Shown piece after piece: positions 62,279-64,000 of a DNA stretch of 64,000 nt. The notes beneath the pieces are model-generated. The model made no database searches. It saw nothing but the letters and a program-made list of their open reading frames with translations, and was not told where the DNA came from. Both the position numbers and the translations under genes were made by a program. This DNA comes from Dehalococcoidia bacterium (GTDB lineage: Bacteria > Chloroflexota > Dehalococcoidia > Bin125). Positions within the stretch are counted from its first letter, which is position 1. Each line of letters starts with the position of its first letter. The stretch spans positions 288,001-352,000 of the forward strand of contig CAXXRD010000001.1 of NCBI GenBank assembly GCA_963663895.2. Direction: 5' to 3'.

Positions 62279-63255
62279 CGCAAACATCTATCGCTGAAGC
62301 CATCCAGAGCGCCCATCGCGAGATCATGCGCGACGACGAGCGCGTCATCCTCCTCGGCGAGGACGTCGAAGCCGGCGGCGTCTTCCGCATCACCAACGGG
62401 CTCCTCGACGAGTTCGGGCCCCACCGCGTCTTCGACACCCCCCTCTCCGAAGCGGGGTTCACCGGCGCCGCCATCGGCGCCGCCATAGGCGGCATGCGCC
62501 CCATCGTCGAGATCCAATTCGTCGACTTCATCCTCCCCGCTCTCAACCAACTCATCTCCGAAGCCGCCAAAATGCGCTACCGCAGTCTCGGCACCTGGAC
62601 CGTCCCCCTCGTCGTCCGTGCGCCCTACGGCGGCGGCGTCCACGGCGGCCTCTACCACTCCCAGAGCATGGAAGCCCTCTTCGCCCACGTCCCCGGACTC
62701 AAAGTTGTGATGCCCGCCACCCCCACCGACGCCCAAGCGCTCCTCCACAGCGCCGTCCAAGACCCCGATCCCGTCATCTTCCTCGAGCACAAGCGCTCCT
62801 ACCGTCTCATCCGGGAAGAGATCCCCGAGCCGCTTCCCTCCGTTGCCATCGGCCAGGCCGCCCTCCGCCGCGACGGGCAGGATATCGCCATCATCGCCAC
62901 CGGACTCGCCCTCCACCACAGCCTCGCCGCCGCCCAGCAACTCCAAGCCGAGAGCATCGACTGTCTCGTCCTCGACCTCCGTACCGTCCTTCCCCTCGAC
63001 AAGCCCGCCATCCTCAATGCCGCTCGCCACACCGGCAAGGTCCTCATCGTGCACGAGGACCACCTCACCGGCGGGATCGGCGGCGAGGTCGCCGCCATCA
63101 TCGCCGCCGAGGCCTTCGAGCACCTCGACGCTCCCATCCAGCGCCTCGCCGGTCCGGACGTCCCCGCAATGGGCTACCACCCTGCCCTCGAGCAAGCCTT
63201 CCTCCCCAACCCCGACACCATCGCACAGGCCGCGCGCAGCCTGGCCGCTTACTGA
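62275..63255 (+). CDS. 2-oxoacid dehydrogenase E1 beta
   Basis: LGEDV, DTPLSE, EIQF.DF, HSQS, EHK. Confidence 0.93.
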   Translation: MTQTSIAEAIQSAHREIMRDDERVILLGEDVEAGGVFRITNGLLDEFGPHRVFDTPLSEAGFTGAAIGAAIGGMRPIVEIQFVDFILPALNQLISEAAKMRYRSLGTWTVPLVVRAPYGGGVHGGLYHSQSMEALFAHVPGLKVVMPATPTDAQALLHSAVQDPDPVIFLEHKRSYRLIREEIPEPLPSVAIGQAALRRDGQDIAIIATGLALHHSLAAAQQLQAESIDCLVLDLRTVLPLDKPAILNAARHTGKVLIVHEDHLTGGIGGEVAAIIAAEAFEHLDAPIQRLAGPDVPAMGYHPALEQAFLPNPDTIAQAARSLAAY

Positions 63256-64000
63256 TGGCCACCCTCACCATGCCGCAGCTCGGAGAGAGCGTCACGGAGG
63301 GCACCGTCATCCGCTGGCTCAAGCAACCCAACGACCAGGTCGCCCTTGACGATCCCCTCGTCGAGATCGACACCGAAAAGGTCAACGTCGAGATCCCCTC
63401 TCCCTTCGCCGGCACCCTCAGCCGCATCATGGTCGAGGAAGGCCAGACCGTCCCAATCGGCACACCCCTGGCGGAGATCCAAGGGACCGGCGAACCGGCC
63501 GGCGCGGAGCAACCCAGCGGCGACAGGCCCGCCCAAGCGCCCACCGCCGCCGCCGCCAGCGCGCCGCCTCAAGAGCCCATGCCGCAGACCGCTCAGCCCC
63601 CAACCGGCAGCGCAAGAGGCGCCGCTACCCCAAAGCTCTCCCCCGTCGTGGCCCGCCTCGCCGCTCAGCACGATATCGACCCCGCCACCCTGCGCGGCAG
63701 CGGCGCCGGCGGCCGCGTCACCAAGAAGGACATGCTCGCCGCCATTGAGGCGCGGTCCGCCCCCCCATCGTCAGAAGCCTCTCCCGCCGTAACGGACGCT
63801 CCGCGCCCACCCACGGAGCGGCCCGCTGAAGACCGCGCCGTGCCCGAAACCCCCATGCGCCGCGCCATCGCCGATCACATGACCCGCAGCCGCCGCACCG
63901 CCGCCCACGCCTGGCTCGTCATGGAGACGGACGTCACCGCGCTCGTCGCCGCCCGCAGCGCCCGCAAAGACGCATTCCGCCAGAGCGAAGGCGTCGCGCT
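63255..64000 (+). CDS. 2-oxoacid dehydrogenase E2 dihydrolipoamide acyltransferase, runs off window
   Basis: MPQLGESVTEG, lipoyl site DTEKV, E3-binding SPVVARLA...GSGAGGRVTKKD. Confidence 0.92.
   Translation, partial: MATLTMPQLGESVTEGTVIRWLKQPNDQVALDDPLVEIDTEKVNVEIPSPFAGTLSRIMVEEGQTVPIGTPLAEIQGTGEPAGAEQPSGDRPAQAPTAAAASAPPQEPMPQTAQPPTGSARGAATPKLSPVVARLAAQHDIDPATLRGSGAGGRVTKKDMLAAIEARSAPPSSEASPAVTDAPRPPTERPAEDRAVPETPMRRAIADHMTRSRRTAAHAWLVMETDVTALVAARSARKDAFRQSEGVA

Overview
A 64 kb window of high-GC bacterial chromosome. Gene content points to Chloroflexota, Dehalococcoidia/SAR202-like (inference): five luciferase-like/F420 oxidoreductases, three SnoaL/NTF2 proteins, three enoyl-CoA hydratases, two family III CoA-transferases and a GAAC-N4-GTTC-type SOS box. 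The backbone carries acsA, an ADP-forming acyl-CoA ligase pair, a cysteine desulfurase, pth, mfd, tRNA-Pro(GGG), rpiB, ppdK and a 2-oxoacid dehydrogenase E1a/E1b/E2 operon. Backbone DNA shows a very strong C-over-G skew on the + strand whatever the gene orientation. Several segments lack that skew and look recently acquired. (i) An integrase-less island behind tRNA-Pro holds two stacked units of tRNA 3' end, a conserved 123-nt leader and an SH3-tailed lipoprotein; in the second unit the middle has been replaced by an ABC substrate-binding gene. A decayed EEP nuclease and an Mrr-like endonuclease follow. (ii) A frameshifted FG-GAP lipoprotein lies between two copies of a ~190 bp duplicated divergent promoter. 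(iii) A lone HhH-like candidate DNA glycosylase sits inside the remnants of a deleted gene. (iv) An XcyI-type restriction-modification pair has a LexA-like box in its promoter and an endonuclease broken by an exact 8-bp tandem duplication. No CRISPR array, rRNA, transposase or integrase was seen. All calls come from motif recognition by eye; no searches were run.
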